In this document: one piece after another, positions 8,184 through 17,772 of the stretch
Numbering within the stretch: position 1 is the stretch's first letter
Layout of the letters: the number at the start of each line of letters is the position of its first letter
Source: a phage
Assembly (NCBI GenBank): GCA_016658885.1
Contig: GCA_016658885.1_4807.1
Length of the DNA stretch: 64,000 bases
Direction: 5' to 3' (one strand)
Program-made: the position numbers and the translations under genes
The notes under the pieces: generated by a model
What the model saw: the letters and a program-made list of their open reading frames with translations, nothing else
Databases searched by the model: none
Told to the model about the DNA's origin: nothing

Positions 8184-8398
8184 TTTGCATACTCCATAGC
8201 ATATTGCTGCAGCTTAAATGCAGCCTTTTGTAATTGTTTACGACGCTCATTCAATTCTTTCCATTCTTCTTCAGGGCAATTTAGAGAGTAGGCCTTGTTT
8301 GCAATCTTGATTAGTGATAAATGCGTTTGTTGAAAGCGCGACACCATGCGCAGCTCGTTACGCTTGTTGAATGACAACTTACCCAGCGCGGCATTCAT
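8180..8398 (-). CDS. hypothetical protein
   Basis: ATG at 8396-8398 with GAGGTG SD; track start at 8416 is GTG. Confidence 0.45.
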   Translation of the reverse strand: MNAALGKLSFNKRNELRMVSRFQQTHLSLIKIANKAYSLNCPEEEWKELNERRKQLQKAAFKLQQYAMEYAK

Positions 8399-8712
8399 AA
8401 TTGCACCTCGACACACGATTCACTAGCCTCGAAGCTCCAGCCTTCCAGACCGACTTCGCCGCTGCAGCGCACCTTTGCGCAACCAGTCATCAGCCATTGG
8501 TGATACTTTTCGAAGTATGTCGGCTTTTCTGAGTAACAATGGACAAGGCCATCATTGTCAATGGCAACGTAACGCGTCCAAGGTGCAACGGGTACAACTA
8601 CGTCGGGGTGCGCCTCTGGCCAAGGCTTGATGTGTACAGCTGTGTTTAATTCTACGTTTAACACGCTTCCTAACCGCTCGTCTTGTTCCTGGTCGATGCC
8701 TAAGTAAATCAT
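8395..8712 (-). CDS. hypothetical protein
   Basis: ATG at 8710-8712 with AAGGAG SD; ATGA overlap. Confidence 0.45.
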   Translation of the reverse strand: MIYLGIDQEQDERLGSVLNVELNTAVHIKPWPEAHPDVVVPVAPWTRYVAIDNDGLVHCYSEKPTYFEKYHQWLMTGCAKVRCSGEVGLEGWSFEASESCVEVQL

Positions 8713-8714
8713 AA

Positions 8715-8963
8715 TCACAACTCCTTGAAAATAGCCAATGCGCCTGAATCTGGCTGGCAGTGACGCTTCAAAATGTAGAAAAGACCGCTTGGAGCTTTCC
8801 AAACGTCATAAGTGACGTGGTTCTTACTTCCTTTTGATCCAAATTCAATCCAAAAAGTATCTTTGTATGGATAATCAGATTGACAGATGACATATTTACT
8901 TCCTTCTACAGCCTCATTCAATCCTGCACTGATCAAGCACTCTGCATTTACATAATGTTCCAT
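8715..8963 (-). CDS. hypothetical protein
   Basis: ATG at 8961-8963 (MEHYVNAEC) with GTGAGG SD and TTATTATGG context; downstream of repeated promoter module copy 2. Confidence 0.45.
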   Translation of the reverse strand: MEHYVNAECLISAGLNEAVEGSKYVICQSDYPYKDTFWIEFGSKGSKNHVTYDVWKAPSGLFYILKRHCQPDSGALAIFKEL

Positions 8964-8995
8964 AATAACCTCACTTGTTCGCCTTGATGAAAAGA

Positions 8996-9047
8996 GTATA
9001 AGTATTGATAAAAGAAAAGGCAAGCATTTAGCTCACCTTTTTGATAT
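8996..9047 (-). promoter_or_regulatory. repeated promoter module copy 2 (TTGCCT-N17-TATACT)
   Basis: Near-identical to 7493-7540; here followed by an 18-codon mini-ORF (MLAFSF...) then gene 8715..8963. Confidence 0.45.
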
Positions 9048-9380
9048 TCATTTTACATAGTGGAGTAGGTCAATCTCTATCTCGTGCCTTGTCCTTGTTA
9101 TCTTTGTATCACCCGTCCGGTGAGAGAATTGATAGAAGAAAGAGTCTTTGTGAGCACCTCGTTCAAACATCACACTGGCAATTCTGCAACCGCATATTGC
9201 ATCAAGCTTCGCTCCGTTAGACAAAAGGTTGAATGTCAATACAGTGTTATCCATCTTTGCGTTTTGCTTGATGCACTTCTTTAAGAAGTAATAAGAATCA
9301 GCAAAGGCATTGGCCTTCTTCCATACTTCTTTTATCAATCCACGCTCATGCGCGGCGAGTATCTGATCACGGGTCACCAC
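9048..9380 (-). CDS. hypothetical protein
   Basis: 110-aa ORF, GTG start with AGAGGTG SD. Confidence 0.45.
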   Translation of the reverse strand: MVTRDQILAAHERGLIKEVWKKANAFADSYYFLKKCIKQNAKMDNTVLTFNLLSNGAKLDAICGCRIASVMFERGAHKDSFFYQFSHRTGDTKITRTRHEIEIDLLHYVK

Positions 9381-9613
9381 TGCACCTCTGTTATTCCGGT
9401 TATACGAACGATTACGGTGTCATCCAAATTGAACTGCTGCCGCGCGACGCGCTTGATGTCGTCCTTAAGGTCCGCAATCAACTCCCTTGTTAACACTGTA
9501 CGCTCTGAAACGTCATATTGAACGTCAAAGGTATACTCGCCATAAAATACCGCGCCATTGGGAAGTTGTACGACATAGAATGCCATGTACATCGCATTGA
9601 TATAATCTTCCAT
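9374..9613 (-). CDS. hypothetical protein
   Basis: ATG at 9611-9613 with GGAGA SD; overlaps stop of upstream gene. Confidence 0.45.
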   Translation of the reverse strand: MEDYINAMYMAFYVVQLPNGAVFYGEYTFDVQYDVSERTVLTRELIADLKDDIKRVARQQFNLDDTVIVRITGITEVQW

Positions 9614-9891
9614 CACACATTCTCCGACTCTTGGTGATATTTCACAAGCCATTTTTGATATCGAAATAAGCAATCGCAAGCCTTTTTATTGCTTTTAAAT
9701 CTTTCTAAGAAAAGAGTGTCAACTCCCATTATTAATGCATCGTCAAAGCTCGAACGACCTACCAGCCACAAGCTATAAGTCTGAATGTCCAAACCGTAAT
9801 TTCTATCAACATTCAAACGTACTTTTAACGGCCTTTCACCTTGCTCTTTTTCAAATTTCGCCAATCTTTCGTTGAAGGTATCTTTATTCAT
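9613..9891 (-). CDS. hypothetical protein
   Basis: 92-aa ORF, GGAGA SD. Confidence 0.5.
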   Translation of the reverse strand: MNKDTFNERLAKFEKEQGERPLKVRLNVDRNYGLDIQTYSLWLVGRSSFDDALIMGVDTLFLERFKSNKKACDCLFRYQKWLVKYHQESENV

Positions 9892-10239
9892 TTACACATT
9901 CTCCACGGGTCGACGAATGAGTTTGCGTAATCCTTCGGGCCAGACCTTCTTAATGACGGCCTTTGCTGGGCTGGATGAAAGCTTCTTCAGCTTCAATAGG
10001 ACACATCCTTCATCATCGTTCGGTTGCACCTGGATAACGACTCGCGCTTGTCGGTCGATGACCATGACATCCCCAACGCGAATGTCTTTCACCAACACGC
10101 CCATCTCCTTCGTGCCGGATACGCCAATCACGTGGTCGCAGCGGACTCGCGGCGGTAGCAATGTTCCGCCTTCAGCCATCTCACGCACACGCTTCTTGAT
10201 CTCTGCGCCATACAGCGTTTCATCTTTAACATGAGCCAT
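9892..10239 (-). CDS. hypothetical protein
   Basis: ATG at 10237-10239 (MAHVKDE) with AGAGG SD. Confidence 0.5.
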   Translation of the reverse strand: MAHVKDETLYGAEIKKRVREMAEGGTLLPPRVRCDHVIGVSGTKEMGVLVKDIRVGDVMVIDRQARVVIQVQPNDDEGCVLLKLKKLSSSPAKAVIKKVWPEGLRKLIRRPVENV

Positions 10240-10241
10240 GG

Positions 10242-10397
10242 TCAACCTCTGATTTGTGACACAAAACGTTTATAATGTTCTTTGGCTAAGACGCGTGCAC
10301 GCTCTTTTGTATGGCCGCTGGCTTCAAGTACGCGGCGAAGCTGCTTGATTGCGTCTGCTTTACTGATCTTGTTATCTTTGAACTGAAATTTATTCAT
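10242..10397 (-). CDS. small hypothetical protein (51 aa), not in ORF track
   Basis: Open frame MNKFQFKDNK...SQIRG; ATGA overlap with upstream gene 10394..10615; weak SD. Confidence 0.3.
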   Translation of the reverse strand: MNKFQFKDNKISKADAIKQLRRVLEASGHTKERARVLAKEHYKRFVSQIRG

Positions 10398-10615
10398 GCT
10401 TCGCAAGCTGCCTTAATTTGACGTGGAGTAACGATGACCACTTCACCAACCAGTGACTTGTCATCTTCTTTTACCGTATCGATTCGAACGCGATAGTGAT
10501 TGCGACCACGCGAATCAGTAAGGTATTGATCCAGCTCAAGGATGGTGCCTGCGCGCATATTCTGTCCTGACATCCAACGGATGCGGTCCCCAGCCTTAAG
10601 AGTTTTCTTTCTCAT
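10394..10615 (-). CDS. hypothetical protein
   Basis: ATG at 10613-10615 (MRKKTLKAG); longer track ORF would overlap neighbour by about 160 nt. Confidence 0.4.
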   Translation of the reverse strand: MRKKTLKAGDRIRWMSGQNMRAGTILELDQYLTDSRGRNHYRVRIDTVKEDDKSLVGEVVIVTPRQIKAACEA

Positions 10616-10622
10616 CTTCAAC

Positions 10623-10901
10623 TCACTTATAGTATTTAAACATTGCCGCGCAAAAGTCTTGCATGGCATTCTTAATCTGCTTCTTGAACAACGGGTCATG
10701 CATCGTTTCAATATTCGTCTTAATCCGAACGTGACCGATAACATCAAACGCAGTCGCTGGCATCGGCTCATAGATTTCATGATCGTTCAAGATTATATCT
10801 AGCTTTGACTCAGAAATCACGGGATAATTCTTGCCAGCAGTAAATTGGTCATCAATAGATGATGTGCACTTGACAAAGAATACTTTGTATGTAGTAATCA
10901 T
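10623..10901 (-). CDS. hypothetical protein
   Basis: 92-aa ORF with AAGGA SD. Confidence 0.5.
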   Translation of the reverse strand: MITTYKVFFVKCTSSIDDQFTAGKNYPVISESKLDIILNDHEIYEPMPATAFDVIGHVRIKTNIETMHDPLFKKQIKNAMQDFCAAMFKYYK

Positions 10902-11107
10902 AGAGAATCCTTCGGGCCGCAGTAGCGCCCGTCCAGGTAGCGGTCATATTGGATTAAAGCAAATGTTTTTAGCGAAAGGTTACGGCGCTTAAACAGATGA
11001 CCAGTTGCTGGATTCTGCTCGTGCGCCGTTGGATAAAGGCGTGACAGGTAGTGGATGAGGACTTGTAAAGCCCTACGTTGATTTGTTATTCTCCCCTGTG
11101 TATTCAT
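10898..11107 (-). CDS. hypothetical protein
   Basis: 69-aa ORF; overlaps 11073..11297 by 35 nt; weak SD. Confidence 0.35.
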   Translation of the reverse strand: MNTQGRITNQRRALQVLIHYLSRLYPTAHEQNPATGHLFKRRNLSLKTFALIQYDRYLDGRYCGPKDSL

Positions 11108-11297
11108 GGCTGAATCTACCCTCTGTCAATATCCGGTCATGGATGACTATACCAGTGCAGCGCAAGCGGTTGGCATTGCTTCGCGCCTTTGCTGCTTGAT
11201 GAGGATTGAACAAGCCAAACAAACTAGCCTTAAAAGCAAACTGGTAATATTTGATTAAGGTACTAAGTGCTAACTCAATCCTGTCTAAATTAATCAT
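11073..11297 (-). CDS. hypothetical protein
   Basis: 74-aa ORF with strong GAGGTGA SD. Confidence 0.45.
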   Translation of the reverse strand: MINLDRIELALSTLIKYYQFAFKASLFGLFNPHQAAKARSNANRLRCTGIVIHDRILTEGRFSHEYTGENNKST

Positions 11298-11336
11298 AAT
11301 ATCACCTCGTCAGAAAAGCAAATATTTTGATGATAA

Positions 11337-11984
11337 TTATCCTGTGGCCTGCATATTGCGTACATACTTCTGCTCTAATGAATAGATGAAGTCGGCGACC
11401 GTAAATCCCTTTGTGTGCCATTCATACATGGTGAAGCCTGTATTCAGGAAATAGCCGCGCACCTTGTCCATCGCTTCAGCTTCCTCCATGGAAGCCATCA
11501 GCGCGGCGACGTTGTCATAAGAAGGCACAAATCCCTTCTTGCGTAGCGCATTGCGCAAATCTTTAGTTCTGAATCCAATCTTGCAAGGGTCATCGCGCCC
11601 AGTGGATGATGCAACCTTCGGTAGCGCAAGGAACTCTTTAAGGAACATCGCAATGTTCAAGTCGCCTGCGTCATCAAGCTTCTGGATTCGGTTGCGACCG
11701 CGCCCCTTGAATTCACTTGCACGAGGGTGAGCGCCAAAACAGTGCGCCCCTTCCAGTTTAGGGTCGATGATCATTACATCTTTACCAATGCGCAGCTCTA
11801 CGTAGTAAAGATAAGACTCATCGACAAGCTTTGTGCGCTTGCAAGTGATTGAGTCCTTATCATAACCAAAGCCGCGCAACACGGTTGAAATCATCCGGTT
11901 CATTTCTTCGCCGTGAACATCACTTTCTTTGTTCAGTTCACCAAGATGTTGAAAGAATTTAGCGATGTTGATTGCTTTATTCAT
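11337..11984 (-). CDS. hypothetical protein
   Basis: 215-aa ORF; ATGA overlap with helicase gene stop. Confidence 0.55.
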   Translation of the reverse strand: MNKAINIAKFFQHLGELNKESDVHGEEMNRMISTVLRGFGYDKDSITCKRTKLVDESYLYYVELRIGKDVMIIDPKLEGAHCFGAHPRASEFKGRGRNRIQKLDDAGDLNIAMFLKEFLALPKVASSTGRDDPCKIGFRTKDLRNALRKKGFVPSYDNVAALMASMEEAEAMDKVRGYFLNTGFTMYEWHTKGFTVADFIYSLEQKYVRNMQATG

Positions 11985-13654
11985 CAGAATTCATCCTTAT
12001 CTCTTCCCAAAGAACGTTTACGCTCAATAACCTTCTTCAAGAATTCAATATCTTCAGGGTCAGACTCATCGCGGATAAGATACGCTAAGATGGTCATCAA
12101 GTCAGAAATGTATTCCCCTGCTTCATTCTTAATCAGCGGCGTAAAGTAACCGCGCTGGTTGCGATAGGTCGCAGGCTCAAAGCCAAGCTTTGACATGTGC
12201 GGCGCAAGGGTACGAGAGAAAGGCGACTTGCCGCACTTCGCTCTGAATCCCATAGCGATAGCACCACTGGTGATGTGCCAGCGTCCACTGTGATGTCGGT
12301 CATAAGGCGCGGTGATGACGACTTCAACAAGGTCGTTGTCAACCATCTCATCACGGATAACGCCGCGTGCACGTTCCATTTCGTTCTTGCTGAACTCAGT
12401 AAGCATGCGAGATGTTTCACCAACAAAAGCGTTATAGCCTGCTTCGCCGTGCTTCTCCATCCACGCAGCGCACTCAGCCATAAGCTGCCAAACATCTTCT
12501 TTCAAAGTGGAAAGGTCAGCTTGGAAGTCTTTAGACCAGTTCGGTTGCCCGTCCTTGTCAGCAAGTTGGCCAACAAAGATAGGGTAAACACGACGGTTGC
12601 CCGTATCGTCACGCTGCATGCCTGCGTATTCGTTGCCGTCCATGATCGCAATCCACTGGCGTGGTTTAACCTGCGTGTCTTCAAATTTGAAGTCCAGGTC
12701 ATCTTCCGTCTTAGTCAGGAATGCTTTCATGTTTTCGATGTCGGCCTTTTTAAAGCCTGTCATCTCGCCAACGTTCGCGATAATTGAGCGACCCGTAATA
12801 GCTCGCAAGAACGGGTTGAAGTTTTGCGCGGCCAAGTTCAACGGAATCGGTGTTGCGTGGCGGTCATTCATAATAGCTTCGCAAAGCAGCTTACTAAAAT
12901 AACTCTTCCCTGCGTTCTGGCCGCCGATTAGCGCAATGGAGATTGGCGCTTGACAGCCAGGGTTGGTCAGGCGGTTATAGAGCGATAGCCAAAAATACAC
13001 ACCGATTTGTCGGTTTAACTCTGTATCGAACGGTCGGAATAGCTCGATAAGGTATTTCTCAATGCGCGCAGCACCGTCCCATTCAGGCAGCTTCTTGTAG
13101 AAGAAGTCCATCAGGTCGTCGCGCTGATAACGCATGGCCCATTCCTTATAGGATTGAGCGACCTGCCGTGAGTTTGGGTTGGACAGGCCTGCTGCGTCGA
13201 CAGCGGCAACTATCTCTGTGACTTCCAACGTCCGGTCGGTGAATGTTTCGCCGCGATGGTCGACTAAGCGCCCACGAAAAGTATCTTTGTGAGGGAATGG
13301 AACAACGCCGCTTCCCTTATCAAACAACGCGTCGAAAACCGCATAACGGTTCATGTCACTCGTACGGTCCGCCTGAAGAACAAAATCATCTTTCGTCGGT
13401 TTATAATGAGGGAACTTGATTACCTGAAGTGAGGCGAGCAAACGTGCTCTTTCAACCAAGTCTTCTTCACCGTAGCATTCCATGCGCTCTGAATCTTTTT
13501 CAACGGCTTTATGTTGAAGGCTGATTTTAGCTCTGGTGCCTTGCTGCTCTGCTGCCTGCATTTCTTCCGAAACGCCTGCATCTTGAATTTCGTCAAAGAT
13601 TGCACCAAATTCATCACCTGTATCCTCTGGAAGATTGTCATTATTAATTGACAT
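11984..13654 (-). CDS. P-loop NTPase, putative primase-associated DNA helicase (VirE/D5-like)
   Basis: 556-aa ORF, AGGAGG SD; Walker A IALIGGQNAGKSYF; adjacent to primase gene; family assignment from motif only. Confidence 0.5.
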   Translation of the reverse strand: MSINNDNLPEDTGDEFGAIFDEIQDAGVSEEMQAAEQQGTRAKISLQHKAVEKDSERMECYGEEDLVERARLLASLQVIKFPHYKPTKDDFVLQADRTSDMNRYAVFDALFDKGSGVVPFPHKDTFRGRLVDHRGETFTDRTLEVTEIVAAVDAAGLSNPNSRQVAQSYKEWAMRYQRDDLMDFFYKKLPEWDGAARIEKYLIELFRPFDTELNRQIGVYFWLSLYNRLTNPGCQAPISIALIGGQNAGKSYFSKLLCEAIMNDRHATPIPLNLAAQNFNPFLRAITGRSIIANVGEMTGFKKADIENMKAFLTKTEDDLDFKFEDTQVKPRQWIAIMDGNEYAGMQRDDTGNRRVYPIFVGQLADKDGQPNWSKDFQADLSTLKEDVWQLMAECAAWMEKHGEAGYNAFVGETSRMLTEFSKNEMERARGVIRDEMVDNDLVEVVITAPYDRHHSGRWHITSGAIAMGFRAKCGKSPFSRTLAPHMSKLGFEPATYRNQRGYFTPLIKNEAGEYISDLMTILAYLIRDESDPEDIEFLKKVIERKRSLGRDKDEF

Positions 13655-13790
13655 TTAATCCTCCTGATACGGCTTTGTTATATTGTTGCATGGATATATC
13701 CTTTCAGGGTGCGGTAAATAAACGCCAGAAATCTGGCGTTGTATATTAATATAGTAAAACTCAATTTAAAGCAATATAACTGGTGAACTA

Positions 13791-14081
13791 TCAGCAAGGA
13801 AATTGGTCAGCGTATGCCTTTCTCAATTTGTTTACTGATTGAACAGCATGAAGGTATTGGCAATCGGTGAAGATGCGGCGCAAATGATCCATAGAAGACA
13901 GGTCATCGTTAGTAACCACCAGAATCTCTTCCGAAGGACAGCCAGCTTCTTTGACAATCTCATTGAGATTTGCGCCACTAATTTCTTCAACACGTTTCAC
14001 CTCATCGATACCGTAAACATCAACGGCAACTTCGATGTCGTCATCGCTGATATTTTCACCATAAAGAATTACAATATTCAT
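13791..14081 (-). CDS. hypothetical protein (acidic)
   Basis: 96-aa ORF; ATG overlapping TGA of the small upstream ORF. Confidence 0.45.
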   Translation of the reverse strand: MNIVILYGENISDDDIEVAVDVYGIDEVKRVEEISGANLNEIVKEAGCPSEEILVVTNDDLSSMDHLRRIFTDCQYLHAVQSVNKLRKAYADQFPC

Positions 14082-14182
14082 TTACTCACCCCTGCCAAAT
14101 AATATGCCATATCCAATACATATAATAGACCCAGGATGATAACAAGGGAAATGATTAATGTGTATTTCTTTACGGCTTTCAT
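14078..14182 (-). CDS. small predicted membrane protein (34 aa), not in ORF track
   Basis: MKAVKKYTLIISLVIILGLLYVLDMAYYLAGVSK, one hydrophobic helix; ATGA overlap with downstream gene. Confidence 0.35.
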   Translation of the reverse strand: MKAVKKYTLIISLVIILGLLYVLDMAYYLAGVSK

Positions 14183-14200
14183 AAGTATCTATACCTAAAT

Positions 14201-14464
14201 TTACTGTTGAGGATCACCAATGGAGTCTGTCGCATCCCATTCAACGCGTGCTTTGCGTTCTGCTGGTGGGCAACCTTCGCCAGCGTAAAGCTCCACAACA
14301 CCTTCATGAGAGCAGCACCGGCACTCTACAAGGTCGCCATCTTCCCAGGCACCTTCCTCCGCGTTGCGATGCTGCCGCACCTTGATCACATCGCTCGCAC
14401 AGTTAGGACAAGTCGAGAGATTGCTGGTAACGTTCCAAATGAACTCGTTACGGAAGGCGCCCAT
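14201..14464 (-). CDS. hypothetical Cys-rich protein (possible zinc ribbon)
   Basis: ATG at 14462-14464 with AGAGGTG SD; CPNC...CRCCSHEG...C cluster. Confidence 0.45.
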   Translation of the reverse strand: MGAFRNEFIWNVTSNLSTCPNCASDVIKVRQHRNAEEGAWEDGDLVECRCCSHEGVVELYAGEGCPPAERKARVEWDATDSIGDPQQ

Positions 14465-14465
14465 G

Positions 14466-14756
14466 CTACACCTCTTGATCTCTTTGCTGCTGAATCGCGG
14501 CTGAAGCTTCGTCAAAATTGACTGGCTCAACGGTGAACGTTGCACTGACCGTAAGATTTTTAATAGTCAGCAGCGTGTTGAATCGCTCGGCCTGAAGATT
14601 CATAGCCACGTGCGTGGATACGTTAAGGATTGCACCAACAACTTCCTCAACTGCGTAACCTGCAAACAAGGGAAGAATCTGGTTGACAAGCTTAAGCTCG
14701 TTTTCAACGCGAAGATTTTGCGCTTCTTCAACAGTCATCATTTTTGGTTCGTTCAT
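14466..14756 (-). CDS. hypothetical protein
   Basis: 96-aa ORF. Confidence 0.45.
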   Translation of the reverse strand: MNEPKMMTVEEAQNLRVENELKLVNQILPLFAGYAVEEVVGAILNVSTHVAMNLQAERFNTLLTIKNLTVSATFTVEPVNFDEASAAIQQQRDQEV

Positions 14757-14963
14757 CTTTATTCCTTAACAAATTCAGAGTAGTATTGGGCCGCAGCCGC
14801 TTGATGGTGAGCCATGACGCCTTGAAGGGTCGGAAGCTCTACTGGTTTAGGTTCTAAAAACTTTAACAGACCTTCAACCTCGATGTTCAATTCTTCGCTT
14901 TGCATAAATCACCTCTGCTTCAGTTCATAAAATGATTATAGTTGCTATAAAAATAAAAGCAAA

Positions 14964-16046
14964 CTATTTTATGCCACCTGCACGACGATTTATCATGTCA
15001 AGTTGATTCTCAATATAAGGCATTACGATTGCTTCAACAAAAGCGGTCCAACCTTTCTTGCCTTCCCCTTTCCGGTGACAGTCGTGGGCGCAACCGAACA
15101 CAAACTCATGTTCTGCACCAGGAATAGGGCCGCGAAAGTAAGCGCCATACGGGTCGCCGTTGGTGTGCTCTTCACCCCAAGGACATATTATGCGACACTT
15201 GCCTGACATGTTCTCGATGACGTCGCCATCAGACCCTTCACCCATCTTGTTGCGCGCAAGAATTTGCTGGGCTATTTTATACCAAACAGCATCATACTTG
15301 TATTCATCGACGTCAATTTGAATCTCACGCTTTTGCGGCATTACAACGTGAAAGCCAAATGCCTGGCAGATGTCTTCGATGGTGTAGCGCAAGGAGTAGT
15401 CTGCATGGACAAGTCGGCAGCGGAACGGGTCGCCGTTCTCATCGACATATTTATAGGGGCCGTCGTGAGTCACACGCTTATTGTTGATGCATCCAGGAAC
15501 ACGGCCCACGCGCGTTACGTCTTTAATCGTGTTGTCGCCGCCCTTCTTGAGTACCATGTTAACGAAAGACCCAAGGAACGCTTTGAACTGAATAAGATGG
15601 TCAATCGGTTCTTTAAAGAAGTACCAAAGCTGGTGGTTGTTCGGTGAAGTCTCGACGATGACAGTCGGCTTCAGTCGCTCAAAAAAGAATTCCAAATCTA
15701 AATCGCCTTTGGACCCTTTACCGTGACCGATGTCGTCGACCATCATCGCCATGCCGTGACCAAAGGCCGACTCTGTACGCCAGTATCGCATCTCACCCGT
15801 CTTTGGGTTGGGAGACTTACGCATTGAACTGATGCAAGCATAGCCGTTTTGGTGCTGCATGAGCGGCTTGCCCAACTTCCAAGGCTTAGGCCAGAAGCTG
15901 CTGTTAATCTTCTTGCCGCGCTCGTCAGTCTGCACCGTTGCTTCAGGAGCAAACACCGTCATGACGCGCTCATCTTCTGGGATGCCTCTCTGGAGTTCTG
16001 TTAAAAACTCTTCAATTATTTTTGCTTCTTCTCTTAAACTAGCCAT
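14964..16046 (-). CDS. putative DNA primase (archaeo-eukaryotic primase / PrimPol-like) with C-terminal Cys/His cluster
   Basis: 360 aa, AGGAAA SD; acidic MMVDDIG and SPNNHQLWY segments resemble AEP motifs I and II; CPWGEEH...FGCAHDCH zinc-site-like; first gene of leftward early operon. Confidence 0.45.
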   Translation of the reverse strand: MASLREEAKIIEEFLTELQRGIPEDERVMTVFAPEATVQTDERGKKINSSFWPKPWKLGKPLMQHQNGYACISSMRKSPNPKTGEMRYWRTESAFGHGMAMMVDDIGHGKGSKGDLDLEFFFERLKPTVIVETSPNNHQLWYFFKEPIDHLIQFKAFLGSFVNMVLKKGGDNTIKDVTRVGRVPGCINNKRVTHDGPYKYVDENGDPFRCRLVHADYSLRYTIEDICQAFGFHVVMPQKREIQIDVDEYKYDAVWYKIAQQILARNKMGEGSDGDVIENMSGKCRIICPWGEEHTNGDPYGAYFRGPIPGAEHEFVFGCAHDCHRKGEGKKGWTAFVEAIVMPYIENQLDMINRRAGGIK

Positions 16047-16206
16047 CTTTCTTTCCTTTGGTGATCAATACCTGCAGTATAATATTGAGTGATACAAAGT
16101 CAACAATATTTACCATTTAGTTCACAATTTCGATTTACTTTGCTTTATACTATATCTGCAATTATACTATCAGAAAATATTTCCGCACTAACAAAGGTCG
16201 CCTGAA
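16047..16206. promoter_or_regulatory. AT-rich divergent promoter region between leftward early operon and rightward replication operon
   Basis: Strand switch; several TATAAT/TATACT-like hexamers (ctgcagTATAATatt, ctttATACTat). Confidence 0.4.
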
Positions 16207-16533
16207 ATGAACGAAAAAGAGACGAAGCAACGCGAACGTGCAACGCACGTCGGAATCGTTGAGTCCTTCCTTAATACAAGATTGAATTCAAGCCTAACAA
16301 TCATGCGATTCCTGGGTCAACCAGACAGAATCAAATTTATTTTTGCCGCAAATCCGGTATCACTGTACATCCCTGTTGAATCCATGGCGTACTTAGTGCG
16401 CGACGAGAAAGGATGGAAGATACCAAACACAACTGTTTTCTTCAGCCATGTTGATGGTGAGATGTTTGAACGAAAAGAAGATTGCCATTTTATTCCAGTA
16501 TATCTGGACCTTGAAAGCGTAGTGGAGTTATAA
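16207..16533 (+). CDS. hypothetical protein
   Basis: 108-aa ORF ending where helicase gene starts. Confidence 0.45.
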   Translation: MNEKETKQRERATHVGIVESFLNTRLNSSLTIMRFLGQPDRIKFIFAANPVSLYIPVESMAYLVRDEKGWKIPNTTVFFSHVDGEMFERKEDCHFIPVYLDLESVVEL

Positions 16534-17717
16534 TGAACATTACAGAATTTAATGATGAGCCAGTGATTCAGTTTAACGCGCAACAAATCGACGCCATCGA
16601 GAAAGCCGTTGCATGGTACAAGCGATTGCAGGACGGTAAAACGACGAAGCGCGTGTTTTTCATCGCTGGCTATGCAGGAACAGGTAAAACCTCTATTGCG
16701 CGTGAGATTGTGCGCCGTTGTGTCGGTGAGTACGGTGCCATTTATATTGCGCCGACCGGAAAGGCAGCCAGCCGATTGAAGCAGAAAGGGTGCCGTGGCG
16801 CTAAGACCCTTCACCAGTTCATCTATAACGTGCGCGGCGTTAACGATGACAATGAACCAATATTCGCAAGAAAGTCAACTCTTGATGAAAGGCCGCATCT
16901 TGTCGTCCTTGATGAAGCTTCAATGGTCGGTGAGTGGGACACAGAACGCCTTCTTGATCACCGCATCCCTGTTCTGGCATTAGGCGACATTGGACAAGTC
17001 CCTCCGGTAAAAGCCGCAGCCTACTTTACTGAAGATGCCGTCGACGTACTGTTGACCGAAATCATGCGGCAGGGGAAAGAGTCCAACATAATCCGCGCTT
17101 CCTTCTTCGTGCGACAGGGCAACCGACTTCCTCCGCGTGAATACGATGACGTGAAGGTGTTGGCTGAATCGCCGCGCGTTACCGCTCTGAAGAAATTTAT
17201 GGGCGAAGATGATCAAATTATTTGCTCTTATAATAGCACCAAAGATAAATGGAATTCATTATTGCGGCAAGTGAGCGGACGTATAACGCCAATGCCAGGA
17301 ATCGGCGAGAAAGTTATTTGCACATTCAACCAACACGGGCCAGGATTCTGTAATGGCGAGCAAGGGATTGTTATTAGCTATGAGCCAGTGCCGGACTTTG
17401 AAAGGGATGAAGATGAGTCCAATGAAATAATGTATGTCAATTTGCGCTCGCTTACCGATGGCAAAGATATAAAGGTGAAGATAAATCCTCTTTCCTTTTC
17501 TACTGATCAGGAAGTGCGCAAAGAGGCCCAACGCTCTGTTGGCGGCATGGACTATGGCTATGTCATAACGGTGCACAAATCGCAAGGCAGCGAGTGGGAC
17601 AATGTGTGCGTGCTGGAAGAAATCTTGCGCGGCGTTCCGTATGCCAAGATGATGTACACCGCTATTACCCGCGCTAAGAAGAATCTGACCGTGTACCGTG
17701 ATTTGAAAGCGCGTTAA
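16533..17717 (+). CDS. Dda/RecD-like superfamily 1 DNA helicase
   Basis: 394 aa; Walker A GYAGTGKTS, second motif APTGKAA, C-terminal TVHKSQGSEWD (UvrD_C_2-like). Confidence 0.7.
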   Translation: MNITEFNDEPVIQFNAQQIDAIEKAVAWYKRLQDGKTTKRVFFIAGYAGTGKTSIAREIVRRCVGEYGAIYIAPTGKAASRLKQKGCRGAKTLHQFIYNVRGVNDDNEPIFARKSTLDERPHLVVLDEASMVGEWDTERLLDHRIPVLALGDIGQVPPVKAAAYFTEDAVDVLLTEIMRQGKESNIIRASFFVRQGNRLPPREYDDVKVLAESPRVTALKKFMGEDDQIICSYNSTKDKWNSLLRQVSGRITPMPGIGEKVICTFNQHGPGFCNGEQGIVISYEPVPDFERDEDESNEIMYVNLRSLTDGKDIKVKINPLSFSTDQEVRKEAQRSVGGMDYGYVITVHKSQGSEWDNVCVLEEILRGVPYAKMMYTAITRAKKNLTVYRDLKAR

Positions 17718-17772
17718 TGTTGACGTAAATTTACGAAAAATAAAACTGAAAATCAGTTTAATTAAAGTGGCA

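Noticed and set aside
12133-12902. Plus- and minus-strand ORFs inside the helicase gene (12133..12495, 12197..12787, 12502..12702, 12597..12902)
   Set aside because: Fully nested in a well-supported 556-aa gene with a Walker A motif; no independent start signals.
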